A DNA stretch of 64,000 bases, taken from assembly GCA_963662275.1 (NCBI GenBank), contig OY759316.1, positions 2,464,001 to 2,528,000 on the forward strand. The letters run 5' to 3'. Below are positions 32,039 to 41,487 of this stretch, in pieces. Each line of letters starts with the position of its first letter. Positions within the stretch are counted from its first letter, which is position 1. Source of the stretch: Candidatus Cloacimonadales bacterium (GTDB taxonomy: Bacteria; Cloacimonadota; Cloacimonadia; Cloacimonadales; DAONDQ01). A program made the position numbers and the translations under genes. Below the pieces are notes generated by a model, which searched no databases, was not told where the DNA came from, and saw only the letters and a list, made by a program, of their open reading frames with translations.

Positions 32039-34687
32039 TTATTTTACATGTATTATCTTATGAGTGAATATACCGACCGATGTTTCCATCTTCACTAAAT
32101 ACATACCATTTGGTGCCAAGTTATTATCTTTGGTTATTCCATCCCAACTGACTGCATAGTTCCCTGCTTTTCTGTTTGCACATTCAAGCTGCTTTTCCAG
32201 TTGTCCTCTGATGTTATAGACCGATAGTCTGATCCTGTCAGTTTTTGCTACGGAATATCTGATGTTAATGGCATGATTGAAAGGATTCGGATATACACTG
32301 ATAAGTGACGTATTGATAGGTGGAGCGGGATTATCATTGATACCGGTGGGGTCTATGATATATATACCGGTTACAGTTTCACTCGGTTGCCAGCCGTTTC
32401 TGAATGAGCGTGCCTTGATGGTATCGCTCTCTGAGACAATAATAGGAACATTATAAACGGGTGAACTCTGGGTAGGATTACTGCCATCACGAGTATAATG
32501 AATGGTATCCTGTTCTGTTGTCGTATTAAGACGGACATATTGGGTAACTCCATACGTTCCGGGTGAAGGTGTAAATGTCGGTGTACTTACAGTCAGGATT
32601 GTTGTCACGGATATGGTTTCTGACTGGTCAGATGTTCCTTCATTATAGACTGCTGTCAGATAATAATAATAAGTCCCAGCTATGATATCTGTATCCTGGT
32701 ATTGTGTAGGAACCAGCAACGTACTTGGGTTCAGATGAGTAAACTCTCCCGTGTTGCCAAATCTCCTGTAAAGATTGTAGCCAAGCAATGCTCTACTGGT
32801 TATCCTGGGAACCAGCCAACTTAAATTCACTGCGTCCTGGGTTTGGACTGCTGTGAATTGAAATGGCGGATTCAGAATCGTATAGTTTTCTGCGAGCGTA
32901 ATGCTTGGAAGCCAGTTCTGTTTGAAAGCTTTGGCTTTCAGTTCTGTATTTGTTGTTACAGATATTGGTACCGTGTAATGTTGTCCTGGAGATTCGGTCG
33001 GCTCAGTTCCATCCGTTGTGTAATAGATACCGGCATCTTCAGTAGGACAAGTGAGTATGATAACCTGTCCCTGGTTGTAAACACCACCTGCTGGTGATGC
33101 AGTAACTGCCGATATCTGTACCTGGATGTCTGCGGAAACGATATTGGATATACCGGACTCTACACCTGGAGGATAGACAGCTTTTACCCCATACCCATAA
33201 TTACCCGGTGTATGCAGAGTATCACAATACATTACTGTCTGCGGTGAAAGCAGCTCGGTGTTCAGACGACTGAATGTGCCATTAAGACCCAAACGACGAT
33301 AAACATTATATCCTATTGCATCGACTCTGATCGTATCGGGGGGTGTCCAGGAAAGATGTGCTCTCCCTATCTCAACCGTCAGAATCAGAGTATCTGGTAT
33401 ATACGGATAGTAGGTTTTAAAGTGCTTAACAACTGACCAGTTACCCCAGCCATTGATGTTATGACCACGAACTTGCCAATAATAAATTGTGTTCGTACTC
33501 AATATGTTGGGATGAATCGTATAGGAAACAGTAGAGGTAGTATCATCAACCATAGGATTAGTCATTCCGCTGTTTGTTGACACCTGAACCTGGTAAAGCG
33601 ATGTAACCGTCAATTGTTGCCAGGATAATACAGGAGTTAATGATTGTTGTGTAGCCCCATTAAATGGTAAGCTGGGTGTAGGTATACCTGGTGGGATTGT
33701 GGGTTCAGTTGATCTATATATTTGAGTTTCACAGCCCACCCATAAATAACCTTGACTATCCAATTCTGCTGAATAACAATTATTTGATATGATACATGTC
33801 CAACTATCTCCACCGTTAATTGAAGTAAATAAACCTGCATTACTAGTTGTATAAATATGATTCATTCTATTCACGCTAAGATCTTCTTCAAAGCTATACC
33901 CTCCTAGTACATCAGTCATTCGAACCCAGTTTTGATTTGGACCTTTTTTATAAAATCTGGAATTGCACAGATAATACACTGTATCTGCTTGAGAAACAGC
34001 AACAAATCCGATTCTATAGCTTAGATCCGGTCCTATATTACTCCAGTTAATACCATTATCAGTCGATAGCATAACTGTTGAAGTCATTGTAACACCAGGA
34101 GCACCTCCAAATGCAGCATAAATGTTCCCAATAGAACTTTTTGCTAAACTAAAGCACTCTATATCAAGACAACTATAAACATTCATCCATGAACTTCCAT
34201 TATCAGTTGATCTAAAAATTGTACCAGTATTACTACTTCTATTTCTACATCCTGCAATAATGCTTCCATCACTAGCAACAATAAGGGCATATACAGTTTT
34301 GCTTGCAATCTCTCCACCCAAAGAAGTCCAACTATCCCCATTATTTGTAGAACGGAGTATTCCTCCTGGGTTAGTATTATTACCATATCCTGCAAATATA
34401 TAGGAATTCGATGCTTTGTATGCAAAACAATGAATTGGCAGATTAGTATTGGAATATACAATGTTCCAAGTAACACCTTGATCTATGGTTTTGAATATAT
34501 GTCCATTATCACCACCTACAATTAGACTGTTATCAGATATAGATAAAATAGCATTCACGTAAGTGGCAAAACCATAAAGAACAGTAAAGCTATTCTGAGC
34601 AAATAACTGATTGGGAACAAGTACGAAAATGGAAAGCACAAGAACCAGAAAAAGTGCTTTAAATATTGAAAAAGTGCATGATCTCAT
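32039..34687 (-). CDS. Secreted protein: BNR/Asp-box beta-propeller, FN3 and chitobiase-C domains, FlgD-Ig C-terminus (copy B)
   Basis: Asp-boxes (STNNGDSW, STDNGSSW, STDNGINW, SINGGDSW); C-terminal ~550 aa nearly identical to copy A; GGAGG RBS before ATG 34687. Confidence 0.8.
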   Translation of the reverse strand: MRSCTFSIFKALFLVLVLSIFVLVPNQLFAQNSFTVLYGFATYVNAILSISDNSLIVGGDNGHIFKTIDQGVTWNIVYSNTNLPIHCFAYKASNSYIFAGYGNNTNPGGILRSTNNGDSWTSLGGEIASKTVYALIVASDGSIIAGCRNRSSNTGTIFRSTDNGSSWMNVYSCLDIECFSLAKSSIGNIYAAFGGAPGVTMTSTVMLSTDNGINWSNIGPDLSYRIGFVAVSQADTVYYLCNSRFYKKGPNQNWVRMTDVLGGYSFEEDLSVNRMNHIYTTSNAGLFTSINGGDSWTCIISNNCYSAELDSQGYLWVGCETQIYRSTEPTIPPGIPTPSLPFNGATQQSLTPVLSWQQLTVTSLYQVQVSTNSGMTNPMVDDTTSTVSYTIHPNILSTNTIYYWQVRGHNINGWGNWSVVKHFKTYYPYIPDTLILTVEIGRAHLSWTPPDTIRVDAIGYNVYRRLGLNGTFSRLNTELLSPQTVMYCDTLHTPGNYGYGVKAVYPPGVESGISNIVSADIQVQISAVTASPAGGVYNQGQVIILTCPTEDAGIYYTTDGTEPTESPGQHYTVPISVTTNTELKAKAFKQNWLPSITLAENYTILNPPFQFTAVQTQDAVNLSWLVPRITSRALLGYNLYRRFGNTGEFTHLNPSTLLVPTQYQDTDIIAGTYYYYLTAVYNEGTSDQSETISVTTILTVSTPTFTPSPGTYGVTQYVRLNTTTEQDTIHYTRDGSNPTQSSPVYNVPIIVSESDTIKARSFRNGWQPSETVTGIYIIDPTGINDNPAPPINTSLISVYPNPFNHAINIRYSVAKTDRIRLSVYNIRGQLEKQLECANRKAGNYAVSWDGITKDNNLAPNGMYLVKMETSVGIFTHKIIHVK

Positions 34688-35092
34688 ATTTTCCTCCAAA
34701 ATATAGTGATGAATTTATATTGATCATATCGTTAGTTATTTAATCACACTATTAGAAATGATTTGAATATCATTTTCGTTTTCTGCGTATAGAGACGAGA
34801 GAATTTAATCTTTTCATATTTGTTTTATTTATTCTGGTAGTTGAAGCATGTCAACAAATATTTAAATTATTTCTATCTATTAAAAAGCTGTTATTGCGAA
34901 AACCTCTTCATCATTTCATCTAATGATTCGAATAGTGCTTTTGAGATAAATACTAACATTTTATGGATACATCATTGAGTGATTTCAAAATCATGAGGCA
35001 TAGAAATGAAAAGTTGTGGTGCAGAAACTTGTAGTCTATTAGTGAATAATCTATATAGCATAAATATATTTTTCAATGCATAACAAATTCGA

Positions 35093-35120
35093 AAAAGGCG
35101 ACTATTAGAAGTCGCCTTTT
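35093..35120. terminator. Putative intrinsic terminator
   Basis: aaaaggcgact-attaga-agtcgcctttt hairpin with A/T tails on both sides. Confidence 0.7.
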
Positions 35121-35398
35121 ATGTAAACAGAACTTGTCTGGTAACAATAGCTCCTTTAATAATCAATTGAATCCTTCGTACTCAGATATTATCTTATCAC
35201 CGTCACCAAGGAAGGTCTTCCTGGGCTAACAGAGTGTCGTCCTACGGACTGAACACTGACACCTATAGTCTCGTATCCAGACTATTCTGTCCTCCATACA
35301 CCTAATACCTGCGCGGCGAAAAGAATTTTCTATTTCCGCCGATAAGAAATCAGACCTCCAGATGGGCTTACTTCCGTGTGCCCCTACAACCTTCTGCC

Positions 35399-36727
35399 TC
35401 ATTGCGTCCTCGGTGTCGAGTCTTCCCTACCTTCTTCATACATTCCGACAAGATTGACGATTGTACCTTCGTTATCCCTTTCAAAACGGATGCGGAAGTT
35501 ATCCATACCATCTATAGCGAATTTATCTCTACCCATTGGAATCATTTGAAGTTCACCAGCCAGCCGTTTATAAAACAAACGATCACCAACCATTGAAATC
35601 GTTCTCTGTCCATATTTTCCAACATACTGAGGTAATTCCCTTATGTTCAAATCAAATGAATTCGTTTTCATATTTAATCCATCCAAAGCCCAGTCTAGCG
35701 TAAATTTAGCAGTTGGATCAGTCGTTTGCAAGGCTAGTGAATCGAGGGTCATCTTATAGGCAGTATCAAGAGCCAGCTTGGATTCAACTGACACATCCGG
35801 TTCCACACCACTGGATTCCCAATCAGTCCCCGTGAGAGGATTGCTGATCTTCCCTATAGGAATTGTGGCAAAAAATCCGTTACCTAAATCTGCAAATGTA
35901 ACAGGATGTGCGGCTCCGGCAGTTGTCTCACCAACTATGGTAGCACGCTGGAGTGTTTTCATACTGAAAGCAAAGGCTTCCGGAGCCGAGCCTGTTAATT
36001 TGCTGGTAAGAATATAGATGGGAATATCAGCCATTCTCTTTCCTGGAGTATGTGTTAATGTCCAAGTCTGAATGGGTATTTTATTCCCGCGCATATCGAC
36101 TGAATTTAGTAGAATTGTTGGCTTAGCTTCATCGAAAAGGTAAGTCGATAAATATTGGACCAAAGCTGCTGAACCACCATTGTTATTTCGTAAATCAAAA
36201 ATCAAGGCATTGGTGTTGGAGACAAAATCCATAGCAGATGCAGCAGTCTGGTATGCTTCATTGAGAACAGAAAAATGATCAAGTTTGATATAACCGACAT
36301 TTCCAGGTAAAATCTCCACTTTCTTGAAACCGAAATTGTTCTTTCGCTCTTGTTCGATATCATTTATATTACATGAGGATTTAGCAGAAGGATTGCATGA
36401 TGGCATAAAAATTTTATTCCCATCACTTCCGTTGTATGTAACATGGAAGTGCAGATCCTTATTCATTTCCTGGAAATCCATCGTCAAACGTTCAGCAAAC
36501 TCATTCGGATTTGTAATGTCCTTGTAATCACCACTCCCTAGGTGTTTTTTATAAGTGGAAGTGATCCTATCAATACGATCAGTGAAATAATAGTTCGTTG
36601 AGATCGCATTATCCAGGGATTCAACGACTGCTGCCTTCATTTTTGTAGTCATTACGGGGGACTCGGTTGAAATAGCAAAAAGGATAGATGCTACTGTCAG
36701 TGCGATAACGAGAAGTGTTGTTTTCAT
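35399..36727 (-). CDS. S41 family peptidase (IRBP-like), secreted
   Basis: Signal peptide; DLHF, GNVGYIK, IFDLRNNNGG, TGSAPEAF, VGETTAG, WESSGVEPD motifs; GGAG RBS before ATG 36727. Confidence 0.88.
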   Translation of the reverse strand: MKTTLLVIALTVASILFAISTESPVMTTKMKAAVVESLDNAISTNYYFTDRIDRITSTYKKHLGSGDYKDITNPNEFAERLTMDFQEMNKDLHFHVTYNGSDGNKIFMPSCNPSAKSSCNINDIEQERKNNFGFKKVEILPGNVGYIKLDHFSVLNEAYQTAASAMDFVSNTNALIFDLRNNNGGSAALVQYLSTYLFDEAKPTILLNSVDMRGNKIPIQTWTLTHTPGKRMADIPIYILTSKLTGSAPEAFAFSMKTLQRATIVGETTAGAAHPVTFADLGNGFFATIPIGKISNPLTGTDWESSGVEPDVSVESKLALDTAYKMTLDSLALQTTDPTAKFTLDWALDGLNMKTNSFDLNIRELPQYVGKYGQRTISMVGDRLFYKRLAGELQMIPMGRDKFAIDGMDNFRIRFERDNEGTIVNLVGMYEEGREDSTPRTQ

Positions 36728-36845
36728 TATTCTCTCCATTTTATAAAATTCTATCGTACGACTTTTATCAAATGATATAGAATTGTCAAATAAAAAGATT
36801 GCCTTTTTTTCTTTTACCGATATTTTGACTTTGAAGGATGGAATT

Positions 36846-37424
36846 ATGGATAAAGTTATTAATATTACAGATGTTGAACATATCAAGATATTCATGGATC
36901 AGAAACGACAGAATATACTACAGGTTCTGAAAGATAAGAAAACACCCATGACAGCTAAGCAAATAGCAGAAGTTCTCGGGATCAACCCGGCGACTATCAA
37001 TTTTCATACAAATAAGCTATGCAGCATAGGTATTTTACAGATAGTCAAAACGGAAGTCATCCATGGCATCGTTGCTAAGTACATGGAGCCAGCAGCTTCT
37101 TCTTTCAGGATTATGGTCAATACTGCCGATAAATCGATAGTGAAACTGATGAAGAATAAAATGTCTGCTGAAGCTGAAGTGCTCTTTGAAAAAGGGAAAA
37201 ACGACTATATTCAAAACTGTGGGATGAGAAAATCCTTAATGAAACGGATTTCTTACAATGATGTCTATTTGACTCTGGAACAATTGAATGAATTCAATGA
37301 GTTCCTGGATAAGCTAGTTACTGAGAATTCCACTGCCGATGACCCTGATAAAATACGTTTCAAACTCTTCAGTTCCTATATTTCTGATGATGAGGATTCT
37401 CTTGTGCAAAAATCATGCTGCTAG
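36846..37424 (+). CDS. ArsR-like winged-helix transcriptional regulator, divergent from the S41 peptidase
   Basis: N-terminal RQNIL..L...PMTAKQIAEVLGINPATINFH..KL...GIL HTH pattern. Confidence 0.75.
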   Translation: MDKVINITDVEHIKIFMDQKRQNILQVLKDKKTPMTAKQIAEVLGINPATINFHTNKLCSIGILQIVKTEVIHGIVAKYMEPAASSFRIMVNTADKSIVKLMKNKMSAEAEVLFEKGKNDYIQNCGMRKSLMKRISYNDVYLTLEQLNEFNEFLDKLVTENSTADDPDKIRFKLFSSYISDDEDSLVQKSCC

Positions 37425-37569
37425 TAGTGAATAAAGGGAGCAACCATATTGTTATGGAGATTTAGCGTTAAACATAAGACATCCGCATAATACAATTTAA
37501 AAAATTTGACAAATAATTTATAAATTCATAATTTAACATATATTTCAAAGTTACTTGAAGGAGGGAAGC

Positions 37570-39681
37570 ATGAATAAAATATTTTATGTTTTAATCTTGA
37601 CTTTGTTTTCACTACCAGCTTGGTCGGTCATACATAAGCTTGGTTCATACGATACACCAGGATTTGCTAAATATGTTAAAGTTTTGGATAACATAGCCTA
37701 TGTAGCTGATAGAGAATCAGGTTTACAGATTATTGATGTCTCGAACCCCCAAAATCCGCAATTACTAGGTTCATATGATACACCTGCAAATACTTCCTAC
37801 GTCGATGTGGTTGATACACTTGCGTATTTAACAGATACCGTATCCGGTTTACTAATTCTAAATGTTGCAGATCCAACGAACCCGCATTTACTTAGCACCT
37901 TTAGTACAGGCTACCCTCTATTTTTAACAGTAGTACAAGATAAAGCTTATGTTGGCACTTCTACTGGTTTGTACATTGTTGATGTGTCCAATCCTCAAAA
38001 TCCAATTTTACAAAATCATTATGATGAGAGTCATACGATATATGCAGTGGACATAGTCGATGACATTGCCTATATAACATGCGAAGTGCATGGCTTAATG
38101 ATCGTCAATATTTCTGACCCGCTGAATCCACAACTTATGGGTTCATATGACGATGATGCTGATAGTTTTATTCAGGTTGAAGTAAGAGACTCTCTCGCCT
38201 TTATTAATGCCACTAATGCAGGTATCATACTTATCGATGTATCGAATCAGACTAATCCGCAGTTGGTCAGTGTATTAAACATCGATTCTGATTTTTCCTT
38301 CACTATCAGCGATAATAAGCTCTATACTAGTACAATCGATTGTTATGATATATCCAATCCCCTGGAACCATTATTCGTTAGCTGCTATATCGGTAATGGA
38401 TATGCTTTTTCAAGTAATGTTATTGGAAGCACCTTATATGCAGCGGCTTACGATGAAGGTCTGGAAATCATTGACTTCTCCGCTCCCGAGAACGAACTTC
38501 TTGTTGGATATTTACATGATTGTTCTGTTTACTCTATCGAATTGAAAGACAATTTAATCTATGCAATGGGTAGTCACGTTTTTAAAGTGATTGACGTAAC
38601 ATTGCCTGAGAATCCCTTATTACTAAGCACTTGTTCAAGCACTCTCTTTATGGTTTCTTTTACTCTCAAAGATAGCTTGGCATATTTAGCTTGTGCAGGT
38701 GGTATTTCTATCCTCGATATCTCTGACCCTCTAAATCCCCATGAAGTAGCTGTTTACAATATGTTCGATAATACTCAATATGCAAACTCAATTGCTTTTG
38801 AGGGAAATATAGCGTATGTGGCAGATCATAACGGTTTAACGATCCTGGATACGACGGATTCACTAAACCCAATAGAAATTGGATCATATCATCACGGCAC
38901 TTCCTCGTATGTTCAAGTTAGAGGTACTACAGTATTTCTTACCAACAGCAATTCAACTCTTGAAATACTGGACGTGTCAAACCCTCAGAATATCCAGTTG
39001 CTAAGCTCTATCAACCTCCAGAGCTATCCGTATTCTTTCGAAATCTGTAATAATGCCATTTACGTTGCGGAAGGTTCTTCCGGCATGGAAGTGATTAATA
39101 TTATAAATACTTTAGCGCCTGTCTTTGTAGAAACGATTCTTCCTCATCCATCAAGCAGCATACAAGCATGTTATGTAAAAAACAGTCATTTGTTCATTTC
39201 AGATTTGAATTGGAATGAAATAGGAATATACGACATAAGCATTCCACAACAACCAGTGATAGTAAATAATATTTCCTGGAACCTGGGGACATCGGATATG
39301 TGCATTAACAATAACTTACTCTACACGTCTAACAATACTTTGAACATTCTCGACCTGAGTTCCATAGTACCTGTACCTGTATCTGATCAAATCTGTGCAA
39401 CAGATCCTTTACTTACTATCTCTAATTATCCTAATCCATTCAATCCAAACACAACCATCAGTTTTGATATACTTCATGCAGGTTTGGTGAAACTGGATAT
39501 TTATAACATCAGAGGTCAAAAGGTCAAGTCTCTCCTCAATGATCAATTTGCCCAAGGTCGTCATAAAATATCCTGGAATGGTACAGATGATAAATGTAAA
39601 TCTGTTGCATCCTGTGTCTATTTTGCCAGGATCTGCATAGATGGTATAAGCATAAGCAGGAAAATGGTATTAGTGAAGTAG
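37570..39681 (+). CDS. Secreted LVIVD-repeat protein with C-terminal FlgD-Ig sorting domain
   Basis: Signal peptide; GSYDTPG..AYVAD..GLQIIDVSNPQNP repeats; NYPNPFNPNTTISF...IYNIRGQKV...WNGTD. Confidence 0.85.
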   Translation: MNKIFYVLILTLFSLPAWSVIHKLGSYDTPGFAKYVKVLDNIAYVADRESGLQIIDVSNPQNPQLLGSYDTPANTSYVDVVDTLAYLTDTVSGLLILNVADPTNPHLLSTFSTGYPLFLTVVQDKAYVGTSTGLYIVDVSNPQNPILQNHYDESHTIYAVDIVDDIAYITCEVHGLMIVNISDPLNPQLMGSYDDDADSFIQVEVRDSLAFINATNAGIILIDVSNQTNPQLVSVLNIDSDFSFTISDNKLYTSTIDCYDISNPLEPLFVSCYIGNGYAFSSNVIGSTLYAAAYDEGLEIIDFSAPENELLVGYLHDCSVYSIELKDNLIYAMGSHVFKVIDVTLPENPLLLSTCSSTLFMVSFTLKDSLAYLACAGGISILDISDPLNPHEVAVYNMFDNTQYANSIAFEGNIAYVADHNGLTILDTTDSLNPIEIGSYHHGTSSYVQVRGTTVFLTNSNSTLEILDVSNPQNIQLLSSINLQSYPYSFEICNNAIYVAEGSSGMEVINIINTLAPVFVETILPHPSSSIQACYVKNSHLFISDLNWNEIGIYDISIPQQPVIVNNISWNLGTSDMCINNNLLYTSNNTLNILDLSSIVPVPVSDQICATDPLLTISNYPNPFNPNTTISFDILHAGLVKLDIYNIRGQKVKSLLNDQFAQGRHKISWNGTDDKCKSVASCVYFARICIDGISISRKMVLVK

Positions 39682-39732
39682 GTTGCAGCGTAAAACGTTA
39701 TTCATAGAAATAGGCAATCCACTTATGAGCAC

Positions 39733-39797
39733 TACGGTAGCATTACGGTAGCAATACGGTAGCATTACGGTAAAAAACCGTATTGCTACCGTATTGA
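39733..39797. repeat. 11-bp tandem repeat (tacggtagca[t/a]) followed by inverted copies
   Basis: tacggtagcattacggtagcaatacggtagcattacggta-aaaa-accgtattgctaccgtattga. Confidence 0.85.
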
Positions 39798-39882
39798 TAT
39801 AGTAATCGTACCCTTTTTCATTCTTGTTTCGAAACATAGGAATGAGACTAGTTTGGACTTGGGGTGGATTGTGAAGAAGAGC

Positions 39883-39933
39883 ATCAAACTCTCCCTTAAT
39901 CCCTCCCTTTATCCAAAGGGAGGGAGATCAGAT
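39883..39933. repeat. 51-bp REP-like element, inverted copy at 41166-41216
   Basis: atcaaactctcccttaatccctccctttatccaaagggagggagatcagat matches the reverse complement of 41166-41216 at 50/51 nt. Confidence 0.85.
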
Positions 39934-40039
39934 CAGTCTTCTCTGTAATTTTTGGGATTTTACGTCCGGTACATTTTGATACAATTTCTCCTTCGTCGAA
40001 ATCACTCAATGAACCATCTTATCTTAAATCTCAAATATT

Positions 40040-40837
40040 TTACACCTTGGCGTAAATGAACTCCGTGCTTATCGTTGTAAATCCCAAGTTTTCATATAAA
40101 GACATGCCCATCGAAGTTGCCTGCAATCCGGCAAGTGTATAGCCTTCTTCTTTTGCCATATGCATTGCGTGTAAGGTGATGGAGCGTCCCAGTCCACGAT
40201 TGCGATATTCGGGCAAAGTGGCAATGAAGTATAGCGTTGCTATGTCAATTCCTTTGAACGTCATACATGAGGCAGCCGGAATTCCATTCCAGTAGACAAG
40301 ATATAGTTCCTGCATTTTAGTATCAGTCAGGTTATGATGAAAGCAATAATTATTATATTCCACTTCTGCTTCTGGAGTCATCTCAAGGCAGACTGACGAT
40401 ATCTTACTCCAGGCATCAAGTTCTTCTAACGTTTGAACTGTTTTGCATTGTATATTTTCCATTTTAATCGGAGCAGGCAATTTCTCTAAATCAGCAATCA
40501 TCACAGGAAGATCTGCCACATGTTCATATCCGAACTCTTCCAGAATCTCTCGCAGATTTGAGTTTCTATGTTTACCGACCCACCAGTAATACGGAATCTT
40601 TTTCTTTTTAAAGTAATTAAATGCTTGCTTGAGGTTTTGGATGATATCATTCTTATTGGATTGTCTTTGAAAAATTCCATTCATGTCTGCAGAATGAATT
40701 CCAGTATTCATAATGATTAGATCGTTCAGTTCGATTAAGTCATTACCAGTGTGTTTTTTCTCGTATAAGATACTTTCTATAAGACTTTCATCCATTGCAT
40801 GGATCAATTCTTCCTTGGGCGAATGTATTGTAAGCAT
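40040..40837 (-). CDS. GNAT family N-acetyltransferase
   Basis: C-terminal IATLPEYRNRGLGR, LQATSMG..LYENLGF motifs; AGGAG RBS before ATG 40837. Confidence 0.88.
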   Translation of the reverse strand: MLTIHSPKEELIHAMDESLIESILYEKKHTGNDLIELNDLIIMNTGIHSADMNGIFQRQSNKNDIIQNLKQAFNYFKKKKIPYYWWVGKHRNSNLREILEEFGYEHVADLPVMIADLEKLPAPIKMENIQCKTVQTLEELDAWSKISSVCLEMTPEAEVEYNNYCFHHNLTDTKMQELYLVYWNGIPAASCMTFKGIDIATLYFIATLPEYRNRGLGRSITLHAMHMAKEEGYTLAGLQATSMGMSLYENLGFTTISTEFIYAKV

Positions 40838-41090
40838 ATGAGCCACTCCTGATGCTTTTATTAATATCATAATCAGATTCAGAAAATATGACAGATATTT
40901 CTTGCCAACGAAAATTAGTAATCATTTCTGAATTCAGCATCAAGAAAAATGAGGTAAAGACTTTTTGGAGTTTATATGAAAAACAAGAGTTTGGTGTTTA
41001 GAAGCGATATTAAGTTCACAATCAGCTTTTCAAACTCTCCGACACTATGCTTCGACTACGCTCAGCAACCACCATCTCTCTTTATCCAAA

Positions 41091-41216
41091 AGAGGAATAG
41101 ATAACGCGCATCCTATCTGATTTCCCTCCCTTTGGATAAAGAGAGGAATGGATAACGCGCATCCTATCTGATTTCCCTCCCTTTGGATAAAGGGAGGGAT
41201 TAAGGGAGAGTTTGAT
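41091..41216. repeat. 51-bp tandem duplication merging into the REP-like element inverted to 39883-39933
   Basis: agaggaat(a/g)gataacgcgcatcctatctgatttccctccctttggataaag at 41091-41141 and 41142-41192. Confidence 0.85.
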
Positions 41217-41487
41217 TCTGCTGCTGTGGACGTTTACATAAATGCTAGTATGCTAAGAGTTTGGAGTTCAAATGCCCTAAACAAATTATCATTGAATACT
41301 TAACTAAAAGGGCATTTGGACTTCAAAATCGACCTTTCATACTCGGCAGCGAAAACCTGTTTTCAGGGAAGTTTAAAATTTCTACTTCATATAGTTAATA
41401 ACGAAGTTCGAAATACCATAAATTAATTTTTTTCTTAAAAGTTGTTAAAGGAATTTTGGACTCTGTATCAAAGCATAAGGATGGCAA

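Noticed and set aside
29403..34687. Diversity-generating retroelement template/variable repeat pair
   Set aside because: No reverse transcriptase in the window; differences are not adenine-specific and both copies are full genes.
35232..35262. Hammerhead-like 'agtccgtaggacgacac' on the minus strand
   Set aside because: Resembles stem II, but the CUGANGA and GAAA core nucleotides are absent.
36728..36895. Long N-terminal extensions making the S41 peptidase and HTH genes overlap
   Set aside because: RBS-supported or more plausible starts at 36727 (-) and 36846 (+) leave a normal divergent promoter gap.
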